DNA of 32,309 nucleotides from a virus. Taxonomy: Duplodnaviria; Caudoviricetes. The first letter of the stretch is position 1, and every line of letters starts with the position of its first letter. Shown piece after piece: positions 16,696 to 25,830 of this stretch. The notes under the pieces are model-generated. The model was given only the letters and a program-made list of their open reading frames with translations. It made no database searches and was not told the DNA's origin. The position numbers were made by a program, and so were the translations under genes. The stretch is taken from positions 1 through 32,309 of the IMG/VR virus record IMGVR_UViG_3300027861_000125. The stretch is one strand, 5' to 3'.

Positions 16696-17442
16696 GTGGT
16701 GCTACAAGCAAGCGATCTCGTTCAAGAGATCAAGATGGCGGTTTCTTCTGAGCGGGCGTCCAAGTGGACAACGCACGCGACGATTATCAACCAGGCCATT
16801 GCATACTTCAATGCGATGCATCCCTGGGACTCCATGGTCGTGTCCGAGTCAACTCTCGACACCGTTGCCGGGCAGAGCTACATCGCGCTGCCTGGCGATG
16901 TTCGAGACATCACGGCCCTCTACCACAATGAAGGCACAACCAACTGGGCCAAGTGGGTTTCTCCTGACCGCCTGACACAGCTCAGGGCCTATGATGACGA
17001 TGACGAGGACTATGTTGGCGGCTACTATGTCTGTGTTGAGCGCGGCGTCCCGGCGGTTGGAGGCGGGCTTGAGGACAGACTCGGCCTGTATCCAACGCCA
17101 GCCACGACCTCAACCACGGGGCTTTTTGTCATGCGTTACCGGAGGAAGCTACTTCCGGTGGGCATCGACGCGAGCGCGGACACGCAAGCCGTGAATGTTA
17201 TCTTTGAGCTTGAGCCCCTGATTCGCCGTCTGGTTCGGATCTTTGCTGGCGCGATTGAAGAGGAGGACGAAGCGCCCCTGGAGAGTCGGTTAGAGATGCT
17301 GGAAAGCAGCACTATGCTTTCTCGGATGAAGGAGAATGACGGGGCGATGCAGCCGGAAATTGGTCAGCTACATGGAGGGGCTGCCCAGCAGAAGTATGAG
17401 GACTCCTTCTGGTGGGACAGCGCCATAGACCAGCCTAGCTGA
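16696..17442 (+). CDS. Head-tail adaptor (T7 gp11 / P22 gp4 position)
   Basis: IINQA...HPW...TVAGQSYIALPGD...LGLYPTP motifs. Confidence 0.8.
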   Translation: MVLQASDLVQEIKMAVSSERASKWTTHATIINQAIAYFNAMHPWDSMVVSESTLDTVAGQSYIALPGDVRDITALYHNEGTTNWAKWVSPDRLTQLRAYDDDDEDYVGGYYVCVERGVPAVGGGLEDRLGLYPTPATTSTTGLFVMRYRRKLLPVGIDASADTQAVNVIFELEPLIRRLVRIFAGAIEEEDEAPLESRLEMLESSTMLSRMKENDGAMQPEIGQLHGGAAQQKYEDSFWWDSAIDQPS

Positions 17443-20400
17443 TGGGTAAGCGCATCGAGATTCTATGGCCCTCCCATGGGGAGAGCGAAGATCGCGCTCA
17501 CGCAAAGCAGTTGGCGCAGACAACCCCACGGTCCCGCAACTGTCGGACCTTGAACTCCAAGACCCTACGCGCACAAGGGGGGCAGCGTGCGGGCTACAGC
17601 AACTTCACATCTTCGCCGGTCGATGGCGGGGTCCCGGTGGATGCCCTAGCATCTGTTGTTGCCGATCTTCCTAAGTTTTCGTTTACTGGCCCGGGAAGAT
17701 TCGCACCCGAGCGTGTTTGGGGGCACCAGGTTCCAGGCAAGCAAGAGGCTCTTGATGCAGCGGTAGATTCTCTTGGCAACATTTTTGTTCTTTCTGCGGC
17801 GGGCTTTTTTGAGAAGATTGGCCCAGACGGGAAGGTGGATGGCACCACGGCCATTCATGTCCCAGGCCGAGAAGCCCCTGTGCCAAGGATAGAACTGGAC
17901 TCGCAGGGGTCGGTCTATGTTGCCACCTCTGATCCTGGCGGGCTGACCTCTCGGCTTATGCGTTTCGTGAGGAACGACCCGGACGAGGATGACAAGGATG
18001 TTCGGTATGTCTTCTCATGGCAGCATCTAGGTCTTTACGGAATACGGGACTTCCGGGTACGCGGCGGCCTTCTTGTCATTTCAAAGTTTGTTTCTCCCCT
18101 CGTTTCTGGTGGGCCCCCGGAGGAGCTTGATTTTCTAGGCCAGTTGACCGCAACAAGTCCTACGCTTTTCTCGTCGGCCCAAGTTCCGTGGCCCGTCTCC
18201 TCAATAGACCTGACTCCCAACGGGGAGGTTTTGGTGGCCTCTGCGGCCAATACCCAGAGAAACCGTGTGCCAACGGAAGAGGGGTGGTTCGTCTCTGTGG
18301 AGGACTACAGCCCGCATGAGTTGGAAAACATCAACGGAAGCGGGATGAGTACGCGCCTCCATTTTTGGGTTGACGCCAACACGCTCCCAGGGAAGTTGGA
18401 AGATGGCGACGATGTGGTTGAGGTTTTGGACCGGCGCTGGTTGCAGACCACAGAGGATTCCCCGGATATTGGAGCACTTCCCGGTGGCGCTCAGTCTGGT
18501 TCGTATTTCCCCCCAACGGACACCAAGGCTCGAACCCTCAGAGCAACGGCCCTGATTCGCGTCACAAGCCATAAAAAGTCTGGGGGATGTTTCCACGGAT
18601 CAAAGAAGAAGTTGACCGCTGCCAGGACGGCTGACAGCAGCCCACCTCGATACAGGGAGAATGGCGCGGGCTACCTGCCCGCTATCGTTTTCGAGCCGCA
18701 CCTTCCGGCTAAGAACGACATCTTCCTAGAGCAGAGCGCCAAGTACGGCGGGCGTCGCCGCAAGCGCCAGTCAGGAAATAACGGGGTTCTTCATTCCGGC
18801 GTTGGCCTCCCCAATGATGGGGTCAAGTCCGACACGGACGGCGACGGAGACACGAACCATGATGGCGTCATGCTTGGTCAGGGTCACCCGATTCCCTGCC
18901 ACGCGGAGGCCGTGTTTGCGACCTTCATGGTGATCCGCTACAGGCTGAACGACACGAAGAAGTCCGTTATTTTTCACCACCGGGCAACCTCTGGCATTGA
19001 GGTGGCCCTAGTGATGAATGCTGCCATCGCGGACTGTTACGGAACCTACGCCACGCCGACAGTCGCGGCTGATCCCCCGCCAACGCCGGTTACAGAGGGC
19101 AGCCTGTCTCTCTACATTGGGATGAATGGCGCTCGTACCGGAGTATCCGGCGCGGCGGTGGGGGCTCTTGGAACGGAGGTTGCCTCATGCGATCTAACTT
19201 CGGCCGACTTTGCCAACAACCAAAGAGTTGCGATCATCTGCATCGCATTCTCTGGGACAAATGTTGGCTCTTCGTCTATGTTTCGGGTGAATGGCCGAAA
19301 TGTTGATGTATTCAATGTGGCGAAAGACCTTACCCCGGGGGCGTTGAGCGGCTTTGGGGAACATCAAGTCAACCCTCTGGATGACCATTTCTGGATCTCT
19401 GGTCTCGGCGCCGAGCCCTTTGAAGGCAGTTTGCTGGAGGTTGTCACCGTGCTTGGGGATACAGCAACTCCTGGCGCGGGCGCACCGAACCGTGTCCCCG
19501 TCTCTTTCCCAGGCACACCCACCGGCCTTCCGGTGACTACCGCCTTCCAGTACACCGATATTGACATCGGGATGGGGGGGGAGACATACGCCACCGATCC
19601 GGTTCTCTACACAAGCCTGGCCTCCGAGGTAGAAAAAATGGAGGGGTACTTGGCCTACAAGTGGGGCTGCCCAAATGTGTTGAAGGGTGGCGCGGTGCCA
19701 GATAGCCCTGCTTTGGGTCTGGTCGATGTTCACCCGTTTGGTCTAGGTGTAGCCGGTGGGGCGGTGACGGACCCCGTTCAGCCGGTGGGTGTTTTTTCGT
19801 CTGGGGGGCTTGCTCAAGCTGATGTGACCGCCGCTCTTCGTTCGGAGAAGGAGATCCTTTGCAAGGTAGGTGTTTCTGGGAAGATCCCCTGGGCGCTTGC
19901 TGGGGGTGGGCACGGCTTGGGCGTTGTTTCTGGGCCAGACGGGTTTGTATTTGCAGTTGGCCAACATGATGCCGCTACAAGTAGCCGAACGGTTGCAAAA
20001 AAAATCCTCGACTTGGGGCCGTCTGTGGATGAGGCGGCGGAGGACACCTGGACGGTGGAGGAGGAGGAAAACTCGGCTGGGTCAGCGGTTAGGGGCTTGG
20101 CTGCCGATGATGCAGGCGGGCTCTATTGGCCTCGGGAGAGACTGGGCCGCTCCGCCGTTATGACGATATCGTATGATCCACATCCTGCCGCGCCCTATAC
20201 TTCGAACCACGCCCATGACAGGGTTTTTAGAACAAGCGATCAGATATCTGGGTCTTACACCCCCCCAGACCCCCTCCTCGGCCCAGAAGATCTCGGTAGG
20301 GTTTTCACATTCCGAGATGTTGAGGCACACGGCCCTGTGGAGAATGCCGGAGAGGTTGCGGCCCCGGCCTCTTTGCAACAACTGTTTCTAAACCTTGTTG

Positions 20401-22304
20401 CCGCAATCAACGGCGGCCCCGGAGCTGGTGTGGTTGGAACCAACAACCCGGTTGGGACCCCGTACATCCCCGTTGAGCTGCCCAACACGCCCGATCATTT
20501 TTTCAAGGCGGAGTTTATCGACTCTGGGGTTTCGGATCGCAACCAATCTCTCCGCCTTGTTCACAGGGGCTTTGGGGCCGGGACGGGCGCGGCGATTTTT
20601 CCCCAATGGTTTTCGCCCAACCCCTGGTCGTGGAGTTCTGTTGATGAGGGGGGTTCTTTGAGGACCCACATTACTATTGACGATTGGGTTGTGAGGCCCG
20701 AAACGGAAACTAGCCTTGCCCGGGTGGAATACAGGTCTCCCCTGACGGGTGAGGTTTTGTGGGCCAGGCGGTCTCCGCAAGAGTCTGGTGCGGAGATCCC
20801 GAATGCCGTGACGCTGGGCCCCAGTTCTGTTCTTTACCCAGAGGAGAGCGACCTGGAGGGAACCCCGGAACACCTCTACATAACCTCTCTAGCCAACACC
20901 ATGGCGGACGGGTCTCTTTCTTCAAGCCCCCTGAGTTTCAACCTTGAGAAGATAAAGCAAGTTGGGCGGACGCAGATTATTGATGCCGCTGGGTCTTCTC
21001 GGCAGCCGTTTTATGTTGCTGCGGCGGGGGGGGACCTATACCGCGTTCGCAAGGGGCGTGATCCGGTGGCCTTTACAACCGGGCGTGGTGTTTTGCAGGC
21101 CGGGTCTCCATACACGAAGCTGTTTTCCTACCGCCAGAAGATATATGGGCTTGATGGGGAGAAGTACATCCAGTTTGATCCGAAGACCTCCCTGGTGGAA
21201 CCCTGGAAAGCCGAGGGCGCGGGTGAGATTCCGTTTGGCGCCAAGCTGGCCGTTGTTTGGAATGGCCGAATTGTTTTGTCTCGCACGGCTGATGACCCGC
21301 ACAACATTCATATGTCGGAGAGGGGCAACCCTGACGGGTGGGACACCTCTCCGGTGGTTCTGACGCCTCTGTCGGCGTTCTCTGGCGCAAGCACGGGCAA
21401 CCTACACTTTCGCAAGAATGATCTGGTCAACTGCCTTATTCCTGCCAGGGATGACCTCCTTATTATTGGGGGAGACCAGTCAATTTCCCGGCTCACCGGG
21501 GACCCTGGTGGTGGTGGCCAGCTCGACAATCTAACGACATCAGAGGGCCTAGCCTTCGGTGACGCATATGCCATCGGGCCTGCGGGAGCAATTTACGCCA
21601 AGGGGATCAATGGCGGCGTTTGGAGAATATCGGTACAAGGTGGCGCGGAGAGGATTTCTCTGGGCTGGATTGAGCGGCGATTACAGAATATCGACCTGAG
21701 CCTTTACGATGTCAGAATGGTCTGGAGCTTCGAGTTTGAGGGCTTGCATCTGTATCAGGTTCCCCGAGGAGTGGGGGCCCGGACTGTGGAGCACTATTTT
21801 TGGGACGCGAAGGAAGCCGCTTGGTGGACGGACGAGTTTTCCATCACGGATCTCCAGCCAACCTCGGCAACTGTTTTCGACGGGGATGATCCCGCAGACA
21901 GGATGGTGGTTATTGGATGTGAGGACGGCTATATTCGCTATGAGGACGCCCTGGCGCTAAACGATGGTGGGCACCGGATCGTCTCTAGTGTTGTTTTGGG
22001 CCCCTTCAACATGGGCGAGCAAGCTGGCCGCATGGCTTTTTCTCACCTGGAGGTGGTCCTGGCGTCTGAGTATCAGGGATGCACCGTCCAGCTATTTGTT
22101 GACGAGGTTGCCGACTTCGCGGGGGGCTCCGAGCCTGTCTTCGAGGAAGAGATCACTCCTGGCTACACCGGATACACCATGGCCAGGGCAGTTGGCAATC
22201 ACATCTGGATAAGGCTTCTCAACGGGTCCGAGGGGGAGTCCTGGTCCTTGGAGACTTTGGCAATTCAGGCGCGTCGGGCCGGCAGAAGGCGTAGGATGTT
22301 CTGA
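17442..22304 (+). CDS. Tail nozzle/stabilisation protein with large inserted domains
   Basis: Beta-propeller-like C-terminus (WNGRIVL...HMSERGNPDGWD...DLLIIGG) and adaptor-adjacent position. The central region has a lectin-like FWVDA...MEGYLAYKWG frame. Confidence 0.75.
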   Translation: MGKRIEILWPSHGESEDRAHAKQLAQTTPRSRNCRTLNSKTLRAQGGQRAGYSNFTSSPVDGGVPVDALASVVADLPKFSFTGPGRFAPERVWGHQVPGKQEALDAAVDSLGNIFVLSAAGFFEKIGPDGKVDGTTAIHVPGREAPVPRIELDSQGSVYVATSDPGGLTSRLMRFVRNDPDEDDKDVRYVFSWQHLGLYGIRDFRVRGGLLVISKFVSPLVSGGPPEELDFLGQLTATSPTLFSSAQVPWPVSSIDLTPNGEVLVASAANTQRNRVPTEEGWFVSVEDYSPHELENINGSGMSTRLHFWVDANTLPGKLEDGDDVVEVLDRRWLQTTEDSPDIGALPGGAQSGSYFPPTDTKARTLRATALIRVTSHKKSGGCFHGSKKKLTAARTADSSPPRYRENGAGYLPAIVFEPHLPAKNDIFLEQSAKYGGRRRKRQSGNNGVLHSGVGLPNDGVKSDTDGDGDTNHDGVMLGQGHPIPCHAEAVFATFMVIRYRLNDTKKSVIFHHRATSGIEVALVMNAAIADCYGTYATPTVAADPPPTPVTEGSLSLYIGMNGARTGVSGAAVGALGTEVASCDLTSADFANNQRVAIICIAFSGTNVGSSSMFRVNGRNVDVFNVAKDLTPGALSGFGEHQVNPLDDHFWISGLGAEPFEGSLLEVVTVLGDTATPGAGAPNRVPVSFPGTPTGLPVTTAFQYTDIDIGMGGETYATDPVLYTSLASEVEKMEGYLAYKWGCPNVLKGGAVPDSPALGLVDVHPFGLGVAGGAVTDPVQPVGVFSSGGLAQADVTAALRSEKEILCKVGVSGKIPWALAGGGHGLGVVSGPDGFVFAVGQHDAATSSRTVAKKILDLGPSVDEAAEDTWTVEEEENSAGSAVRGLAADDAGGLYWPRERLGRSAVMTISYDPHPAAPYTSNHAHDRVFRTSDQISGSYTPPDPLLGPEDLGRVFTFRDVEAHGPVENAGEVAAPASLQQLFLNLVAAINGGPGAGVVGTNNPVGTPYIPVELPNTPDHFFKAEFIDSGVSDRNQSLRLVHRGFGAGTGAAIFPQWFSPNPWSWSSVDEGGSLRTHITIDDWVVRPETETSLARVEYRSPLTGEVLWARRSPQESGAEIPNAVTLGPSSVLYPEESDLEGTPEHLYITSLANTMADGSLSSSPLSFNLEKIKQVGRTQIIDAAGSSRQPFYVAAAGGDLYRVRKGRDPVAFTTGRGVLQAGSPYTKLFSYRQKIYGLDGEKYIQFDPKTSLVEPWKAEGAGEIPFGAKLAVVWNGRIVLSRTADDPHNIHMSERGNPDGWDTSPVVLTPLSAFSGASTGNLHFRKNDLVNCLIPARDDLLIIGGDQSISRLTGDPGGGGQLDNLTTSEGLAFGDAYAIGPAGAIYAKGINGGVWRISVQGGAERISLGWIERRLQNIDLSLYDVRMVWSFEFEGLHLYQVPRGVGARTVEHYFWDAKEAAWWTDEFSITDLQPTSATVFDGDDPADRMVVIGCEDGYIRYEDALALNDGGHRIVSSVVLGPFNMGEQAGRMAFSHLEVVLASEYQGCTVQLFVDEVADFAGGSEPVFEEEITPGYTGYTMARAVGNHIWIRLLNGSEGESWSLETLAIQARRAGRRRRMF

Positions 22305-22663
22305 TGCCGATAAAGAACACCCCTGTTGGTACGGGCCGGGTATCACAGAGCCTTGGGGCGGCAGACCCACGGGCCCGGCGGAACGCGGACACGGCGCAAA
22401 ACACGCCCCTGGCGTATCACAGGACGCTCCGCGTGGACAATAGGGGCCGGGTTGGGCTGAATCCGGCCCGGCTCGTTGCGGTCGAGGCCCTCGCCCCCGG
22501 CCACTACACCGAGAACTTTGAGGAGACCTCTGGCGAGCGCCACGCCGCCTTGGTGGAATCTCACAACGCCTTGGTCGCTTCGACCCAAAGCCTCCTTGAT
22601 GCCCATGAGGCCCTTCTTGACGCCCTGGCCGTAGCGGGAATTGTCCTGCCTAGACGCCTTTGA
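22304..22663 (+). CDS. Hypothetical virion protein
   Basis: Overlaps both neighbours; C-terminal coiled coil. Confidence 0.65.
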   Translation: MPIKNTPVGTGRVSQSLGAADPRARRNADTAQNTPLAYHRTLRVDNRGRVGLNPARLVAVEALAPGHYTENFEETSGERHAALVESHNALVASTQSLLDAHEALLDALAVAGIVLPRRL

Positions 22664-23109
22664 CCTACTCAATCCACAACATAGAGCCGGAGGATTCCGA
22701 AGGCGTCAAGCGGCTTACAGAGGACTTCTTCCGGCTGTCTGGACTGCCCGGGGAGTTTGACTTCAACATATTTGAAGAGTTTTGGGGCAGGGCTATTGAC
22801 GCGGAGGCGGGCTTTATTTTGATACTCCGGCTGGACGGGGCTCCGGTAGGATTGGTGGGCGGCCTGGATTGCGAGGCGCCCTATACGAGTCTTCCAACGG
22901 TGCATGAGTTGTTCTGGTGGGTTGACGAGAGCCACCGAGGCGCTCCCGCAAAAGACCTTCTTGTGGCCTTTGAGGAAGAGGCACAAGCTCGCGGAGCCGA
23001 GTACCTCTTGATGGGCACCCTTCACGGTCTGCGCCATGAGGCCATGGGCCGACTTTACGAGTCCCGAGGCTACCGTCCCTTTGAACACCTTTACTCCAAG
23101 GAGCTTTGA
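22660..23109 (+). CDS. GNAT-family acetyltransferase
   Basis: ELFWWVDESHRG (motif A) and RLYESRGY (motif B); sits just before the ejection genes as in many podoviruses. Confidence 0.85.
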   Translation: MTYSIHNIEPEDSEGVKRLTEDFFRLSGLPGEFDFNIFEEFWGRAIDAEAGFILILRLDGAPVGLVGGLDCEAPYTSLPTVHELFWWVDESHRGAPAKDLLVAFEEEAQARGAEYLLMGTLHGLRHEAMGRLYESRGYRPFEHLYSKEL

Positions 23110-23111
23110 TT

Positions 23112-23777
23112 ATGGCGTGGGCAGCAGCAGCATTAGCGGTTTCGACAGCATCGAGCGCGTATGGCGCCAGCGAGCAAAAGAAGGCGACCTCTGCGGCAAA
23201 CGCCGCCAACCTGGCGGCACAGGAGCGAGCCCGGGAGCAAATGCGTCTATGGATTGGCAAAGGCGAGGGCGCTGCCGGGCAGGGCATACGCGAGGCCGAA
23301 AAGGGGTTTGCTCAGGCAACAAAGTCCCTCGGCGTGATTGGGCAGGGGGCTCGCCGCCGTATTCTGCGAAGAGAGACGGCTGTTCTGGGCCGGGCCGATG
23401 CTGAAGCGGCCAACCGTGGTATGTACAATTCGACTCGGGCCCTGAACGCAAAAAGGGCGGTTCGGTCGGACACAAACCTAAATCTTTCTGCGGTAGATGA
23501 GTCTCTGGCCTCGCTCCACTCCCAGCTCTTCCGTGATCGAGCCAAGACGCTAATGCAGGGGCACATGGCTAAAATGAGTCTGTACTCGATGGGAAGCCAG
23601 CAAGCTGTTGGCATAGAGGGCTCCGTGACCCACCAGGCGGGCAATGTTGGCGGGGCGTGGGGTGCCGCCGGGGGCTCCTTGGCAAAACTTTTGATGATGA
23701 ACTCGGCGCCGGGACCAGGACCAGACGAAGGCGAAGGCGAAGGCGATCAAGTCTGGCCTGGCCCGCCGTGGCAATAA
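23112..23777 (+). CDS. DNA ejection / internal virion protein (small)
   Basis: Hydrophobic Ala-rich N-terminus (MAWAAAALAVSTASSAYGA), helical body and Gly-rich hydrophobic C-terminal segment. ATG at 23112. Confidence 0.7.
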   Translation: MAWAAAALAVSTASSAYGASEQKKATSAANAANLAAQERAREQMRLWIGKGEGAAGQGIREAEKGFAQATKSLGVIGQGARRRILRRETAVLGRADAEAANRGMYNSTRALNAKRAVRSDTNLNLSAVDESLASLHSQLFRDRAKTLMQGHMAKMSLYSMGSQQAVGIEGSVTHQAGNVGGAWGAAGGSLAKLLMMNSAPGPGPDEGEGEGDQVWPGPPWQ

Positions 23778-23778
23778 C

Positions 23779-25827
23779 ATGGCGTCAATAATTGAGCATG
23801 GAGCTGGCTCTGCTGCGCTTGGGCAGGGGTTGGCCTTTGGTTTTTCTGGCATGGCCGAGGGTCTCAAGGAGCGAGCTGCTCTTCGGTCTGCCCGGGCCAA
23901 AGAGCAAGAGAGTCGCCTAAAGACCCGTATTCTTTCCGATGCGGCAGATCTGCAAGAGAGCCAGCGGAAAGCCTCTAACGAGTACAGACTTTTGAAGCTC
24001 CGGGTCGATCCAAATAATGAGATGGGTGACGCCTGGAAGATCCCGCTTGTTGAAAACCTAAAAGAGCTTGACTCAGGAAATACCAGGATAGCGGGGGGGC
24101 AACGAGAAAAGATCGGCTTGACCGATGACCAGGCAGACCTCTTTATGAGGCTGCCCGCAGAGTTGCAAAATGAATGGTCGGACGAAATCCAGCATGATCG
24201 CCAAACCGAGTCCCTCCGAACTGACCTGCAACACCTTCGGGGGCGCCTTGCGCTGATGTCTCAGGAGGGGGGGTTTTGGGACAACGGGGGTATGTCGCAG
24301 GAGAAAGTAGAGTCCCTCCTCCGTGATATCGAAGAAGAGATCGAGGCTGTTGAGGATGGCTTCAAGGAACCTGGCCCCGTCAACGCAACCATAGACAGCC
24401 TTTCAAGCCTTATCCTAAACAGCGGGTGGCAGCAGGAGGAGACGCAGCAAACTCTTGAGGCCCTCAACGGCCAACGCGCACAGCTTTTTGCTGATGGGGG
24501 CGTTCTTGGTCCTAAAGAAGAAGAGCTTGAGTGGATTGAAAACATAATACTTCGGTATGTCGCCGGTGAGGAGGGGATGGACGCGGTGACGGCGCGGACT
24601 ATGGCTGGCATTGGCCCGGCGGGCACCAACGCGATAGCAGCGTGGACTGTCAACCGGGTCACAAAAACTCGGGGCGGAGCCCCCGGCTCCCTTGAATCCC
24701 AGGGGCTTTTACGCACCAACCGGGTGGGAGATCCCCAGACCGCTCCTATTGCCGGAGCGCCACAAGATCAGCCGCTTCCATTTGACTCCCTCTCTTTCAT
24801 CCAAGCGCCTTTTCCCTCTGGGAGGAAGATGCCTCCCCCTGGTGGAGCGCCGTCTTCAAGCACCCCGAATGCCGGTGCCTCCTCGTCGGTTGCCCGCCTA
24901 ACTTCTATTGACGAGGGGATTCGGGTTCTCGGAGAAGGAGATCGAGCCAACGATCCGCTGCCAAAAGCGTTCACAGACGCGGCGTATGCGCTGGAGGAGT
25001 TGGGCGAGAGCGATGAGCAGTACCAGGCTGGCCTTGAGGCGCTGATGTCCGAGCACGACATCACCCTTCCCCTTGGGGATGTTCTGGAACAACTGCCCCA
25101 GTATAGCGGCCGCAATCTTCAAGAGGGAAAAGGCGCTTGGATGAAAGAGAGGGAGTCAATCTGGGTTGGGAACCGTAGCGGCGTGATTGGTGGGCTATCC
25201 AGGCAGGACAAGAAACATACCGTCTGGAAGTTAGATAAAAGCCACTACGAGGGTCTGGGGTATTCAACTGAGGAGGTGCGGGACAAGATCGGGGCGGAGC
25301 CGCCCGCCTCTAAACACCTATCCAAGCTGTTGCGCTTGACAAAAGAAGTCCGCGACTTGGAGGCGATCCACTCAAAAACAAAGGCTAAGGCGGGGGCGGA
25401 GCGGGATGCGCTGCGCCAAGAACTCGAAGCGAAGGAAAAAGAGCGGATTCAGATGCTACCTCAATGGGAACGCAAAGCTGCCAAAACGGCCCTGAGGGAC
25501 CGTGTTTCAAAGGAACTGGCCACCGGGGTCTTGCCGAAAAAACTAGAGGCCCTTGGTAAGGAAATGCGAAGGGTTAAGGGGGATTTGGAATCTGTCAAGA
25601 AGTCTTACAGAGAGGACAAGGACGCCAGGGACGAGGACGCCAGGCGCCGCCCCATCAGAGACGCTGCTGCCAAGCTCCAGGCAGAGTCGGCCAAGAAGAA
25701 GTCGGCCAAGAAGAAGTCGGCCAAGAAGAAGTCGGCCAAGAAGAAGTCGGCCAAGAAGAAGTCGGCCAAGAAGAAGAATGTCGAGGACAAGAAGGGGGCC
25801 GAGGCAGGGGGCGGGCGCCCCGCCTGA
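23779..25827 (+). CDS. DNA ejection / internal virion protein (middle) with Lys-rich tail
   Basis: [12 protein letters not shown]-terminus, helical sequence, (SAKKK)x6 C-terminus, expected position. Confidence 0.7.
   Translation: MASIIEHGAGSAALGQGLAFGFSGMAEGLKERAALRSARAKEQESRLKTRILSDAADLQESQRKASNEYRLLKLRVDPNNEMGDAWKIPLVENLKELDSGNTRIAGGQREKIGLTDDQADLFMRLPAELQNEWSDEIQHDRQTESLRTDLQHLRGRLALMSQEGGFWDNGGMSQEKVESLLRDIEEEIEAVEDGFKEPGPVNATIDSLSSLILNSGWQQEETQQTLEALNGQRAQLFADGGVLGPKEEELEWIENIILRYVAGEEGMDAVTARTMAGIGPAGTNAIAAWTVNRVTKTRGGAPGSLESQGLLRTNRVGDPQTAPIAGAPQDQPLPFDSLSFIQAPFPSGRKMPPPGGAPSSSTPNAGASSSVARLTSIDEGIRVLGEGDRANDPLPKAFTDAAYALEELGESDEQYQAGLEALMSEHDITLPLGDVLEQLPQYSGRNLQEGKGAWMKERESIWVGNRSGVIGGLSRQDKKHTVWKLDKSHYEGLGYSTEEVRDKIGAEPPASKHLSKLLRLTKEVRDLEAIHSKTKAKAGAERDALRQELEAKEKERIQMLPQWERKAAKTALRDRVSKELATGVLPKKLEALGKEMRRVKGDLESVKKSYREDKDARDEDARRRPIRDAAAKLQAESAKKKSAKKKSAKKKSAKKKSAKKKSAKKKNVEDKKGAEAGGGRPA
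24782..25159. repeat. Perfect 38-bp inverted repeat inside the CDS
   Basis: TTGACTCCCTCTCTTTCATCCAAGCGCCTTTTCCCTCT at 24782-24819; exact reverse complement at 25122-25159. Confidence 0.95.
25686..25775 (+). repeat. 15-bp tandem repeat x6 encoding SAKKK
   Basis: GTCGGCCAAGAAGAA, six perfect copies. Confidence 0.95.
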
Positions 25828-25830
25828 CCC

